From positions 352,001-416,000 of the IMG/VR virus record IMGVR_UViG_3300035208_004923: a stretch of DNA of 64,000 bases; one strand, 5' to 3'. The notes below the pieces were generated by a model. It was not told where the DNA came from and ran no database searches. It worked only from the letters and a program-made list of their open reading frames with translations. Numbering within the stretch: position 1 is the stretch's first letter; every line of letters starts with the position of its first letter. The DNA comes from a virus (Duplodnaviria > Caudoviricetes). Shown piece by piece: positions 1 to 10,664 of this stretch. The position numbers and the translations under genes were made by a program.

Positions 1-559
1 ACACTAGTTATTGCTGCTTCATAAACTTCATCCGGCGCATCGGTAACCATCTCGTTTCTTGATGCAGCGTCATCAATCAATACTGCTTTTAATGTAGGAA
101 CAAACGATCTTAAGTAATCCTGAATTTCTTCAGGATACTTAGGAAGGTTATATGTATTATTGTTGAAAGTTATCATAATCCTCTTTACTTTTGAATTCAT
201 TAAACCCTGTGATAATTAGATTAGACGTACTTGTATTTCTATCCATTATTTGTTGTTTCAATTTTGAATACAATGGCATTGTTTCTGATTCAACGTAATG
301 AATACCGTAGCCGGAAGCCGAACGTTCATCTTTTCGTCCTTCCATGTATATATAGTAAAAAATAAAATATCTCATTATTTATCTGTAAAGAATTGTTAAT
401 GTATAACATACTTCGAGGTAATGTGTCGATTCCTTTGTTGATTGTGATTGCGTCATTTGCAATACTTCGATACCTTGAGCTTCTTCAGATATCAACCAAT
501 TATTCATACCATTTTCAATATCGCTAGGATAATTTCCGCTGATTACTTTTACTTTCATA

Positions 560-1819
560 TTACATTAAATATTTAATTCCGTTTACTTCAATAAAATATC
601 TGAACCAAGATTCATTACGAATCTCCGATTCTTTCATTGTTTTTTCTTCACTTCTGTAAGAATATCTGTCAGGTTTTTCTATATTGATAACTATTTTGTT
701 ATTCTTTTCATCTAATGTATACTTTCCAGTTACATAAGTACTTACCTTTTCTATATCAGATTGTACCCAACTGTACGAATTTCTGTATGGCTCATTAAGA
801 TATCCGTTGCCGACAAATTTAAATGTTCCACGACTTTTAGATATCATTGGATATAATGATGTTGAATATCCACGTGAGCATTTCGATTTCCATTTTACAA
901 TTTCTTCGTCAATGTTAACAGCTTCTTCAAAAACACTTGATACTTTAATTTTGTTCAATGACAACAAATAATTAGCATTCGATTGTCGCATGTTAATTTT
1001 ATTTGGTGCATAATTTGGCGGTTCATTTTTTAAAACTTTCAAATCATAACTTTGTTTTGCAAGATTATATGTATCGACAAATTCCTCAATAGAAATAACA
1101 GATTTTCCAGATGGCTTCTTTGTTATTACTTGTAATGATGTGAAGAATTCATAATCGCCATTTGAATCCATTAGCACATGTAAACGTTCGTCTTTTATTG
1201 TGTAATGAGCAGAAGATCTGTACGCACTGAATGAATGACTTGCAGAAATACCCCAGCATTTGCCAATGTATGTGTATATTTTTTCATTCTTCATTTCGAT
1301 TTCATCACCATTCAACAAATCCGTAGGTTTTATTGTAATTGCATTTTTCTTTCTTGTTGATTCTGTGGCAGACTCATATAATGCAGAATTTGTTGCAAGT
1401 AAAGCAAGATCTTTACCTTCCCATGCCCATACACAAGTGCCAACAAGTTTTCCTTCAATGATTGTTGAATTGCAAACCAATGCAACTAAATTTGCTGCTG
1501 TGATTTCAAGGTCAAATCCATAAGGATCTGATATTCTGAACATTGTTCGTCCAGAAGAAAACCATTCGGAACTTCTTTTATCAAATTCACTAAAGTAAAA
1601 ACCTTCACGTGGAATATTGTCGAGAACCTGTGGCGCAATATTTTTATCTCGCCATCCTTCCCAAGATGTCTCTTTACGTAATTTGCCTTTGTCTCTAAAA
1701 GTTGCATATCCAAGTAAATATGATGGGCCATCAAAGTATTCTCCATCTACACCTCTAATATGCTTATGCTGTCTTTTATTGAAACCTACTTCAATTTTTT
1801 CAGGAATTATCAATGCCAT
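560..1819 (-). CDS. Conserved phage hypothetical protein, paralog of 60930..61913
   Basis: Shares LG[YF]xT...SWxxW.D...GF...RSxxWFxSGRTMFxIxxPxGFxxEITAxNLxAL block with 60930..61913. Confidence 0.75.
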   Translation of the reverse strand: MALIIPEKIEVGFNKRQHKHIRGVDGEYFDGPSYLLGYATFRDKGKLRKETSWEGWRDKNIAPQVLDNIPREGFYFSEFDKRSSEWFSSGRTMFRISDPYGFDLEITAANLVALVCNSTIIEGKLVGTCVWAWEGKDLALLATNSALYESATESTRKKNAITIKPTDLLNGDEIEMKNEKIYTYIGKCWGISASHSFSAYRSSAHYTIKDERLHVLMDSNGDYEFFTSLQVITKKPSGKSVISIEEFVDTYNLAKQSYDLKVLKNEPPNYAPNKINMRQSNANYLLSLNKIKVSSVFEEAVNIDEEIVKWKSKCSRGYSTSLYPMISKSRGTFKFVGNGYLNEPYRNSYSWVQSDIEKVSTYVTGKYTLDEKNNKIVINIEKPDRYSYRSEEKTMKESEIRNESWFRYFIEVNGIKYLM

Positions 1820-1826
1820 AATTTAT

Positions 1827-2237
1827 TTAATTTTTAGTTAGTAAATATTTTAATTTTTCAATTTCTTGAAGTTTTTCTTCAATTTGTTTGTTGATTTCAG
1901 CATTTCTTTTTTTGTCTGCCAATTGTTGTGCTGTCATTTTTGCTTCTGCTTCCTCTTCTTGTATTTTATCTGCAAGTGTTTTTGCATTTATTACAATAGG
2001 ATCATTTAAAGGAAAAATACAAACTTCATAATCACTAATTGTTTTTTTAGGATCTGCTTTTCCACTATACGGACGATAGCTTCCTGCTTCTCTTATAAAA
2101 TTTTTCAAAGCATCAATAGCACCTTTGGATGTTGCCCATGATGCTTTAGGTTGACAACCAGGATTAATAAATTTTGTATCACCAACTAATCGAATGCGAT
2201 ACATGAATTTTTCTTTCGGCTTTTTAATTTTTGACAT
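1827..2237 (-). CDS. Hypothetical protein, homologous to the C-terminal domain of 2254..3354
   Basis: YRIRxxGDTKxxxPG...W...AIDAxK...DYExCxxPxNDPI present in both. Confidence 0.75.
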   Translation of the reverse strand: MSKIKKPKEKFMYRIRLVGDTKFINPGCQPKASWATSKGAIDALKNFIREAGSYRPYSGKADPKKTISDYEVCIFPLNDPIVINAKTLADKIQEEEAEAKMTAQQLADKKRNAEINKQIEEKLQEIEKLKYLLTKN

Positions 2238-2253
2238 GACAATAAGATTTTAA

Positions 2254-3354
2254 TTACTTAACGTTAATGTATTGAGTTTTAAGCAATTCGATTTCTGCAA
2301 TTTTTTCATCAATTGCTTTTTGTAAATCTGCTTTTTTCTTTTTAATTTCGCGTTGTTTTGCGGATAATGCCTTTTCTTTTTCTTTTTCAATACGTAATCT
2401 TACAAAAACATCAGCAGAAACTGTAATAGGATCATTTACAGGCAGCATACAGATTTCGTAATCTGCTAATGTTTGATTTCCATGCATATGACTTTTAATA
2501 GCGTCAATTGCACTTGAAGCACGTTGCCATGTTGATTTCGATTTATACCCAGGTGATAAGTATTTTGTGTCACCTTTCATTCGAATTCTGTATAAATATT
2601 TTGGTTCAGCAGGTTTTTTGCTTTTTGCAACTGCTGCAGTTACCGCATTATTACTTTTTTTGCATGAATCCTCATTATTTTCTTTCATTGCATCAATGAT
2701 TGATGTAATGCCATTCTTTTTCGATTTTAATGGAAATTCAGTATTTGATAATTGAGCTTTGATATCTTCATACTCAGCTTTTTGCTCAACTATTGTTGGC
2801 ACTCTTGTTAATCCCATATAAGCATGTATTGTTCTGTCTTGTCCTGCAATTGTGCGAGAAGAAGGTGTAAATGTTCCTGGTTTTATTAAAGCGTCAGGAT
2901 CTGTAACAACTGTTGACCTTGTAACTGGTGTAGATGCTTTATCATTAATTGAAAGTTCACCTGACTTTTCATTATAATCAACATCAATTTTTGAAATTGC
3001 ACCTGTACGTATTGCAGCAGCAAATGTTACATCTTTAATGTCAAACCCATTGATTTCTAATGTTTTTCTAACTAAAGTAGTTTTATCAAGAACGATTTTC
3101 TGTTTGTACTTCATGTCAGCAGGTTCATTAATAGCAAATGTTAATGAATATTCATTATCAGATACTGTAATAATAAAACCGTTCTTTACTCTAATTTTGT
3201 CAGTTCCATTGATAATGGCATTAGACAAATCGAGAATTGTTTCATGTTGCAAACGAGGTTGCATAATGTTTGCCATTTTAGGCAATGAACCTAAAAGATT
3301 CATCCAGTCGAAGTTATCGACAAGTGCTTGTGCTAAATTGATTGGTGTTGTCAT
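2254..3354 (-). CDS. Hypothetical protein with C-terminal domain duplicated in neighbouring gene
   Basis: 366-aa ORF, in operon orientation. Confidence 0.75.
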   Translation of the reverse strand: MTTPINLAQALVDNFDWMNLLGSLPKMANIMQPRLQHETILDLSNAIINGTDKIRVKNGFIITVSDNEYSLTFAINEPADMKYKQKIVLDKTTLVRKTLEINGFDIKDVTFAAAIRTGAISKIDVDYNEKSGELSINDKASTPVTRSTVVTDPDALIKPGTFTPSSRTIAGQDRTIHAYMGLTRVPTIVEQKAEYEDIKAQLSNTEFPLKSKKNGITSIIDAMKENNEDSCKKSNNAVTAAVAKSKKPAEPKYLYRIRMKGDTKYLSPGYKSKSTWQRASSAIDAIKSHMHGNQTLADYEICMLPVNDPITVSADVFVRLRIEKEKEKALSAKQREIKKKKADLQKAIDEKIAEIELLKTQYINVK

Positions 3355-3359
3355 ATTTC

Positions 3360-4027
3360 TTATAATTGTGATTTAAAAATGTCTAAATGTTTTGCGGTTG
3401 ATATTGTGTATAAATGTTCGGTGAGTTCTGTACAATTATGATACTTTTCAAAATTACGTATCATTCGATTGCATGCGTTGATATGTCCTTGACGTGTGCA
3501 AGATTCAATAGTTTTGCAAATTTTTTCTACGCTATCTTCAATTATTATAGCTGTATATGGATTCCATGGAATCCATATTTCCGGTGTCTCGTTCATTATT
3601 TTGTTAATTTAGTTAGCATGTATTGTACTTCAGATTCTGTTAGTTTGATTACGTTCTTCAATTTTATTTTGCAGATTTCATCAATTGATAACATGGAATA
3701 CACTAATGAATTTTCATTGTCGGCAATCAATAATGCAACGGCAAATGCAGTTGTTGTATCATTAGCAACAGCAAGGTTTTCATTTAACGTTTTTACCGTT
3801 TGTCTGAAATTTGCATTTTCAATTGCAGCTTCAGATAATTCATTTTGTATTTCATTAATACTCCAAAGTTTATTTTCGATTTCCGTCCCGTTCAAAAAAG
3901 AAAAATCACTTCGAATATTACTTCGGAATCTTTCCAATTCTCCAGGAAATGCTTGTGCAAAATATGAATCAGAATTCATCAATTCTTCAATCAATTTAAT
4001 TTCGGCGTTTTTCGATAATGTTCCCAT
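3360..4027 (-). CDS. Two hypothetical proteins (3360..3596, 3596..4027)
   Basis: Coupled ORFs in ORF track. Confidence 0.65.
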
Positions 4028-4048
4028 ACAATAAAGTTTTAAGTTAAA

Positions 4049-4186
4049 TTAAGCAAAAATCCACATTGAAACAAAAAATAAACCAAAAAAACCAAGAATG
4101 ATTACAAATCCTTTAATTGCTTCAGCTTTTTCATTTGTAGGATTTACAACAATTTCAGATAATTTAGTGTCAGTATAATTTTCCAT
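4049..4186 (-). CDS. Small membrane protein (45 aa, not in ORF track)
   Basis: MENYTDTKLSEIVVNPTNEKAEAIKGFVIILGFFGLFFVSMWIFA; ATG about 25 bp downstream of class I promoter. Confidence 0.6.
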   Translation of the reverse strand: MENYTDTKLSEIVVNPTNEKAEAIKGFVIILGFFGLFFVSMWIFA

Positions 4187-4211
4187 AGCGATTTGTTTTT
4201 ATCAATTAATT

Positions 4212-4250
4212 AAAATCAAATATACAACATTTATGAAGCAATAGCAATAG
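4212..4250 (-). promoter_or_regulatory. Class I promoter repeat (Bacteroidota sigma-like TTG-N20-TATATTTG)
   Basis: Variant of CTATTGCTATTGCTTCATTAATGTTGTATATTTGATTTT on minus strand; 10 intergenic copies. Confidence 0.8.
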
Positions 4251-4251
4251 T

Positions 4252-5877
4252 TTATGAAAATAATTTTACATAAGATGATAATGAATCGTATGCATCTGTT
4301 AATTTGAATTCTTCAACTATTAATTTTCCATCGTATATTTTGCCGTTTATTGCATCAACTGAAATAAAATCGCCTTCTTTATAAACTTTATTGTTAATTG
4401 TTAATGTTAATGTTTTCATATCAATTGTCATATTGCTACAGCCAACAACACAAGGTTTATTCATTTGTCTTGCAACAATTGCTGCGTGGCATGTCATACC
4501 ACCTCTTGTTGTTATAACGCCATCTGATAATTTCATACCAATTAAATCAGCAGGTGATGTATCAATTCTAACTAAAATTGAGTTTTCTCCGGATTTATTA
4601 AATTTTTCAACACTTTCATTATTAAAAGCAATACGGCCAACCGCAATACCGCTTGATGCACTTAATCCTGTTGAAATATGAATATCGTTTACTTTTAATC
4701 TTTTTGCATTAAGAAAATGCAATTGAGTTTTATCTATTCTATTCAATGCAGTATTAGGTGATATTAAACCTTCGCACGCCATATCATATGCAATATTAAC
4801 AGCGCCAAGTATATTACATTTTGCATTTCTTGTTTGTAAAATGTAAACAATTTCATTTTCTATCGTAAATTCGATATCTTGAACATCGCCATAATGTTGC
4901 TCTAATTTATTAGCATAAGATATGAGTTTACTATATGCAATTGGCATTGATTCTTCTAATGAAATGTAGTTTTTATTTCGTTCAGTTTCATCTATAAAAT
5001 TATCAGTTGCCCATTTTGCCGATTCATATTTCGATATTTTTTTAGGTGTAACAACACCTGATACGATATCTTCACCTTGTGCTTTTGTCAAATATTCTCC
5101 AGTTATCAGATTTTCACCTGTAATAGGATTTCGTGTAAATAATACACCCGTTCCTGAATTGTCATTTATATTTCCAAAGACCATTGATTGTACAACAACA
5201 GCAGTTCCTAATGAATCATCTATGCCGTATGATTTTCTGTAATAAACAGCAACATCATTATTGAAAGAATTGAATACTGCAGATATTGAACGGAATAACT
5301 GCGTGTATACATCAATAGGAAATTCTTCACCGATTTCTTTGAAATACAACTTTTTATATTCTGCAATTGCTGTTTGCAATTCTTCTACTGTTGCGTTATT
5401 ATTGCAAAAATCAAATAAATCTTCATCGATGCCAGACACATGAATTGCAAAAGTTTCGATGAATTTCAAATATAATCGTAATGGAAATATTGCATCTCCA
5501 GTTTCTTTAGCAATTACATTAACAATATCATCATTGATTCCAACATTTAAAATTGTTGTCATCATGCCAGGCATTGATTCAACACCGCTTGAACGTATTG
5601 ATAAAAGTAATGGATTAGAACTTCCGCCGAACAACTTGTTTGTTTCTGATTCTAATGTTTTTATATCATTAGTAATATGCTGTTTTAATTCAGATGTTAT
5701 GTTTTTATCGTTTTTCCATTTTGCGTATGCATCAGTTGAAACAATAAAACCGTATGGCAATGAAACATTCAAACGATTCATTTCTAAAAGATTGAATCCT
5801 TTTCTACCTACTGCTGTTAATTCGGCAGTATCTGAAAAATTTGTTCTAAAAAAATACGATAGTTTATTCATAATCAA
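4252..5877 (-). CDS. ppdK: Pyruvate phosphate dikinase-like protein lacking the C-terminal PEP/pyruvate-binding barrel
   Basis: GRKGFNL, PLLLSIRSSGVESMPGMMTTILNVG, QSMVFGN, GTGVLFTRNP, AQGEDIVSG, QDIEFTIE, LQTR, phospho-His loop GGMTCHAAIVARQMNKPCVVGC; ends at 541 aa. Confidence 0.9.
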   Translation of the reverse strand: MIMNKLSYFFRTNFSDTAELTAVGRKGFNLLEMNRLNVSLPYGFIVSTDAYAKWKNDKNITSELKQHITNDIKTLESETNKLFGGSSNPLLLSIRSSGVESMPGMMTTILNVGINDDIVNVIAKETGDAIFPLRLYLKFIETFAIHVSGIDEDLFDFCNNNATVEELQTAIAEYKKLYFKEIGEEFPIDVYTQLFRSISAVFNSFNNDVAVYYRKSYGIDDSLGTAVVVQSMVFGNINDNSGTGVLFTRNPITGENLITGEYLTKAQGEDIVSGVVTPKKISKYESAKWATDNFIDETERNKNYISLEESMPIAYSKLISYANKLEQHYGDVQDIEFTIENEIVYILQTRNAKCNILGAVNIAYDMACEGLISPNTALNRIDKTQLHFLNAKRLKVNDIHISTGLSASSGIAVGRIAFNNESVEKFNKSGENSILVRIDTSPADLIGMKLSDGVITTRGGMTCHAAIVARQMNKPCVVGCSNMTIDMKTLTLTINNKVYKEGDFISVDAINGKIYDGKLIVEEFKLTDAYDSLSSYVKLFS

Positions 5878-5882
5878 TTTTT

Positions 5883-5921
5883 AAAATCAAATATACAACA
5901 TTTAGAAATCATTAGCAATGG
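5883..5921 (-). promoter_or_regulatory. Class I promoter repeat (diverged copy) directly upstream of ppdK-like gene
   Basis: aaaatcaaatatacaacatttagaaatcattagcaatgg. Confidence 0.7.
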
Positions 5922-5935
5922 TTTCATCTAAAACT

Positions 5936-8800
5936 TTATAATAAAATTTGTAGCATTGTGATTCGTTTCTTTTCACAATTGTTTCTTTTTATAAATAACT
6001 TAAATTCTAAAACCTCACGACCTGGTGGAACGTTTACTCCTTTTTTATTGAAATGATATTTCAATTGTAAAAATTCAGGATATCCACGTTTCATGTGTTC
6101 TGCATTGCAAATTGGAATATAAACACTTGAATGCATGTCGCCATCATGTAATGCTTTTAAACTATAACGTCTAATCAACGTGTCAGCCGCACCGTATAAC
6201 AGTAATTTAAAAGTTAATTCATTAGGTTCCCATTCAGATGGCGATTGTGGCCATTGTTCGTCATGATAATCTGCTTGTTCACAAATTGCAGACATGCACC
6301 GTTTCTCACAAAAATTTCCAATTGCTTTTGCAAATGATTTGATACTAATTTTTGGTTTTTTCATTTTCTTCTAAGTATTTGTTTGCTGCTTTACGAACTT
6401 GTTCTTTTGATTTAAACTCGCCAATTTGTGTTAAAATACCATCTTCGTGTGTTTTTTTGCCTTCATAATTAGCATGAAATAACAAAAATCGTGATTCTGT
6501 TACCGTGATAATAGGTATTTCAGATTTCCCTAAGCCAGTTCTATTTTTTTCTGTTTCTAAATAATATGATGCCCAAACCTTAGTTTTTATAATAAACGTT
6601 GGCCTACGCCAATCATCTTTTTTCAATTCGCCACAGCCGTTTTTTCTATATATCCATGATATTGTTGAATTTTCTAATTGTTCAAACTTATCAGGCACAT
6701 AATTTTCATGCAACTTTTGTCCTTTATCATATTGGTCATCCCAAGTAAACTTTAATTGCGATGCGGTTTTGGGCGTTATTTGCAAATCGTACGGTTCGTA
6801 CTCTATTCCATTAATATCTTTAGCAGTTACTTCTAAACATGATACCATTTTTTTGAACATACCGCCTCTTAAGTTAATCGACATTGTATCGCTTCCAAAT
6901 TTGTATAATGAATTGAATTGCACAATAGTTCCTGCAGGAATTTTGTACGATTTATTTTTTGAATCGTATATATCAGCGTATGCTGCAAATTTAAAACGTG
7001 CGCCCCACGATGTATGTAATTCCCAATCATTTAAAAGAATTATGCATTCTTTACTTGCTGGCAACCAAAGTTTACTCATTAGTCTCCTCTTTTCGTTTTT
7101 TTCTGTATGTCTTCACAATCTGATTCCAAGCATCTTTATTTTCTTTTCGCCATTCACGATTATAATCGGCGACCTTTTCTTTGTTTTTATCTCGCCATTT
7201 TTTTTGATACTCTTTTAATTTCTCTGGATTGTTTTGTCGCCATTCCTTTTGAGCTTGACGTTGTCTTTCCTTTTGTTCTTCTTCAGTGAGTTTGCTTGAC
7301 ATAATGTTAATTATTTTAAAGTATCTTCAGAATTTTCATCTGAAGCTGTTGGTATAGGTTCAACGGATGAACCAAATAGTTTCATTCTTTTTGTTGTTCT
7401 TTTATTCATTTCTTTACCAATGAAATTTGCATTTTTATGGAATTTTTTTATTCTTGCAGGTTCAGCAGTCTTTAAATCGAAATATATGCCTTCTTTATCT
7501 TCACGTTTATCAACTATTTGAAAGGAAACAACATTACCTTCTGCATCAATAATCATTGATAATGCTAGTCCTAATCTGTGAAAAAATTGTCGGTTCGCTT
7601 CTTGAAGATATCCTTTATCTCTAAATTCTTCTCCAGACATTGTTTTCAAATCTTCCATTACTTTTCGTCAAATTTTGGAATAGTTGAAACAAATTTTATA
7701 CCGTTCTTTTCATCTGTATTTTTCCAAATTGTCTTTTGAGCAGTCTCGCTGTATTTTTCAGACAATACTTTTACGTTATTGAAACGTTTATATGTTGCAA
7801 CATATTCGTCTGGATTTTCAATGTTATAAATCTTTTCGCCGTTTTCGTTTACAATAAACCAGCCTTTCATTATACATTTTTCTTTGTGTCCTGGTTTTAA
7901 AACAGGTTCCTTAGTTTCTTCCATATTGTTTCTTTTTTATTTTGTGAATTTTCGTTTTCGTATAAAGCTTTATGCCTATCAGGTATTTCAAATGAACCGC
8001 ATATTTTATCTTCAGATTTATTTGGTGTTGGACTAGTCAAATTATGTGTATTGTACCAAGGTCCTTGACATAATACAGAATTTTCAAGGTTTGTCTCCCA
8101 TTCTTCTTTTGTTATTGTCATTTTAGCACCAGCAAACCCGGGTTCGCTTATAAGATAATCACCATACCGTATGTTTGGGTATTTTCTTGGACTAAAGTCA
8201 GGTTCGGTTTTTCCTCTACTTTTAAAATCATCAATACTTTGTTGATTTTGTTGATAAATTGGACTTACCGACACCTCAACATATTCATTGCATTTATTGC
8301 AATAAAATCCATTGTAATCTGTTTCTGCAGGTCTTTTTATTTTGTAAGATCCGCAATGATTGCAAACTACTGGGATCTTTTGTTTTGTTTCTTCATTAAA
8401 GAAGTAATCATAAACGTTTCCTGACATATCAAGTATTTTAATTTATTTCAACATATAATTCAGTATATAATTCATGTCCTTCTGATTGTAAAATTTCCTT
8501 TTTTGCTTTATCAATTGCTTCTTTTTTAATGTCGTCATCAGCAATTAAAAACCAATCATTTAATTTTGCAATACGAACTAGCTCATTATAGTATTCTTCA
8601 TCAATTTTACCTTTTAATGGAATTTGTGGGCATAACGGACTGTCGAATGATAACTTTCTACCATCCCAATAAATCAAAAAGTAATCATGTTCATCACCAC
8701 CTATTCCAATCAATCTTGCAACATTGTGATATCCCGTAATTAAAAATTGACCTTTACGTTCATTGAATAACTCAAGTAATCTTTCTAAACTTTTATCCAT
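5936..8800 (-). CDS. Run of seven hypothetical ORFs (5936..6364, 6345..7079, 7072..7302, 7311..7658, 7658..7924, 7897..8427, 8438..8800)
   Basis: Overlapping/coupled minus-strand ORFs; 7072..7302 has W-R-x-x-N-x-E-K helical repeats; 7897..8427 has CxxC...CxxC Zn ribbon. Confidence 0.65.
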
Positions 8801-8817
8801 TTGATTATTATTTTATT

Positions 8818-8843
8818 TTATATACACAAGCAATTAAAAGTTT
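8818..8843 (-). promoter_or_regulatory. Class II promoter-like motif AAACT-N11-GTGTATATAA
   Basis: Fixed-spacing bipartite motif seen at 9 sites, most 17-24 bp upstream of a start codon. Confidence 0.7.
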
Positions 8844-9687
8844 ACTTTTTCAGTTTATTCTCCAGCATCGGTATAATTACCAATTCAAATGTTTCCTTTT
8901 CTGTTATGTAGTTATCTTTGTTTACCTGACCAATGCTTCTACTTGAAATAGAGCATGTTGATTGTTTGAATACTGATTCAAGAAACTTTGGATCGTCAAA
9001 TTTGATTTCATTATTCTGATTTGCATAACCAACAATTTCATCTTTATATTTTACAGGAATTGTGTATAACTTCATTTTTGTAAGTCGTTCTTCACGTCTT
9101 AATAACGTGTCAGCCCATTTTACACTTGCATTAAAAGTATCAGAATCGTTTTCAGTATTTATCATGCACATTGCTGCTTTTCGATACTCATCATATGTTG
9201 ATTGTTTTTCATTGATTTTTGCAAACTCGTCCTTTGTTTTCCCATCACGCAATTTGACGCGTTTTAATCTGGCTTTGAAATCATCGGTTGCATTTGTTCC
9301 CGCAACAACCGCAATTACTTTATCGTATTTTGATGAATTGCCCAAAGACAATGCTTGTGCACATTCAACTAATACGTAATCTGCATGCTGATTATCGCAC
9401 CACATATCAAATAATGTATTGATATATGGAATCATAAAATCTTCGATTATTTTTTTCTTTTCATGATTTTCATAGAATTCTGTTACGAATTCTCGTTTCA
9501 ATCGAAATTCTTCTGTGAAGCAATCCTCACCAAATACTTTTTTATACACTTCTTGCACTACAGGATTCTTTAATGCAATTCTGTTTTCATTATCAACAAA
9601 AAATACAGGAACGCCAAGTTCTTGGAATTTTTTAGCAACAGTAGTTTTACCTGCTCCAATATTTCCAGTAAGTAATACTTTTAACAT
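8842..9687 (-). CDS. coaE: Dephospho-CoA kinase with about 80-aa C-terminal extension
   Basis: MLKVLLTGNIGAGKTTVAKKFQELGVPVF, RLKRVKLRDG lid, I(N)EKQ. Confidence 0.8.
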   Translation of the reverse strand: MLKVLLTGNIGAGKTTVAKKFQELGVPVFFVDNENRIALKNPVVQEVYKKVFGEDCFTEEFRLKREFVTEFYENHEKKKIIEDFMIPYINTLFDMWCDNQHADYVLVECAQALSLGNSSKYDKVIAVVAGTNATDDFKARLKRVKLRDGKTKDEFAKINEKQSTYDEYRKAAMCMINTENDSDTFNASVKWADTLLRREERLTKMKLYTIPVKYKDEIVGYANQNNEIKFDDPKFLESVFKQSTCSISSRSIGQVNKDNYITEKETFELVIIPMLENKLKK

Positions 9688-10365
9688 TATTTTTTTTCTT
9701 TAAATTGTTTTTTATACGAATTCCATGTTTTCTTACAAGATGTTGTAAACATCGGTTTATCATTTAATCTATCTTCTTCAGATTTATAAATGTAATAAGT
9801 TGTTTGTTCTAAAAAGACTGCTCCGTTGATTGATTCTGTTTTAATCATTTTCAATATGTTTTAATTCGTTTGCATACCATTCACCAACCCACCTTTGATA
9901 TCTAGGTTTTACCATAACGTAAAAGCCATTTTGAGAAATAACTCTTCCATATATCGGCCGAGGTTTATTTTCAAATTGTTTACCCAAGTTACCAATAATT
10001 ATAACTTTTTCGCCATTTACATACGTATGTCGGGCTCTTTTTTGTTTTGGTTTTTCCATGATATGCTACTATACATTAATGTTATTCTAATGAACTTATT
10101 ATAACTTTTAATATACAACTATATCAAAAATTATAAGTCAGATATGAATTTCTATTTTGGGTTAATAATTATTTTATATCCTTCAGTTATTGCAATTTCC
10201 ATATGTCCAAAATCAAGACACCGTCCTACTGTAAATCTTGGGTGATTAGATTCAAATATTCTTAATTGAATTCCATCATTATCTTTCCACATGCTGCCTG
10301 CTTGACTTTTAGGTTCCGCAAAGCATACAATTTCTCCGTATTTTGCCATAATTTAATATTTTATA

Positions 10366-10391
10366 TTATATACACAAAAGGCAGATAGTTT
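10366..10391 (-). promoter_or_regulatory. Class II promoter-like motif
   Basis: AAACT-ATCTGCCTTTT-GTGTATATAA upstream of 10152..10349. Confidence 0.7.
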
Positions 10392-10427
10392 AACTTTGAA
10401 AAGTTTTAAAACTTTGAAAACTTTAAT
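10392..10427 (+). repeat. Four tandem imperfect 9-bp direct repeats, probable operator
   Basis: aactttgaa aagttttaa aactttgaa aactttaat immediately before aatatataaata and the MerR-type gene. Confidence 0.7.
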
Positions 10428-10457
10428 GAATATATAAATAAATTAATACTTATAAAC

Positions 10458-10664
10458 ATGACACTTTACACACCTGCGCAAGTTGCAAAATTATTCGGCG
10501 TATCAACTAACACAATCCGAAACTACGAATCTCAAGGTATTATTCCTAAAAGATTGCCAAGCGGTTATAGGAAATACACAATTCAAAACATCAAGGAACT
10601 TGTGGACCTTTTAGGAATTGACTCCGATGAAATTAAAAAAATTCTAACAGATGAACAAAACTAA
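10458..10664 (+). CDS. MerR-family (IS607 TnpA N-terminal-like) winged-HTH protein
   Basis: YTPAQVAKLFGVSTNTIRNYESQGIIPKRLPSGYRKYT. Confidence 0.85.
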   Translation: MTLYTPAQVAKLFGVSTNTIRNYESQGIIPKRLPSGYRKYTIQNIKELVDLLGIDSDEIKKILTDEQN

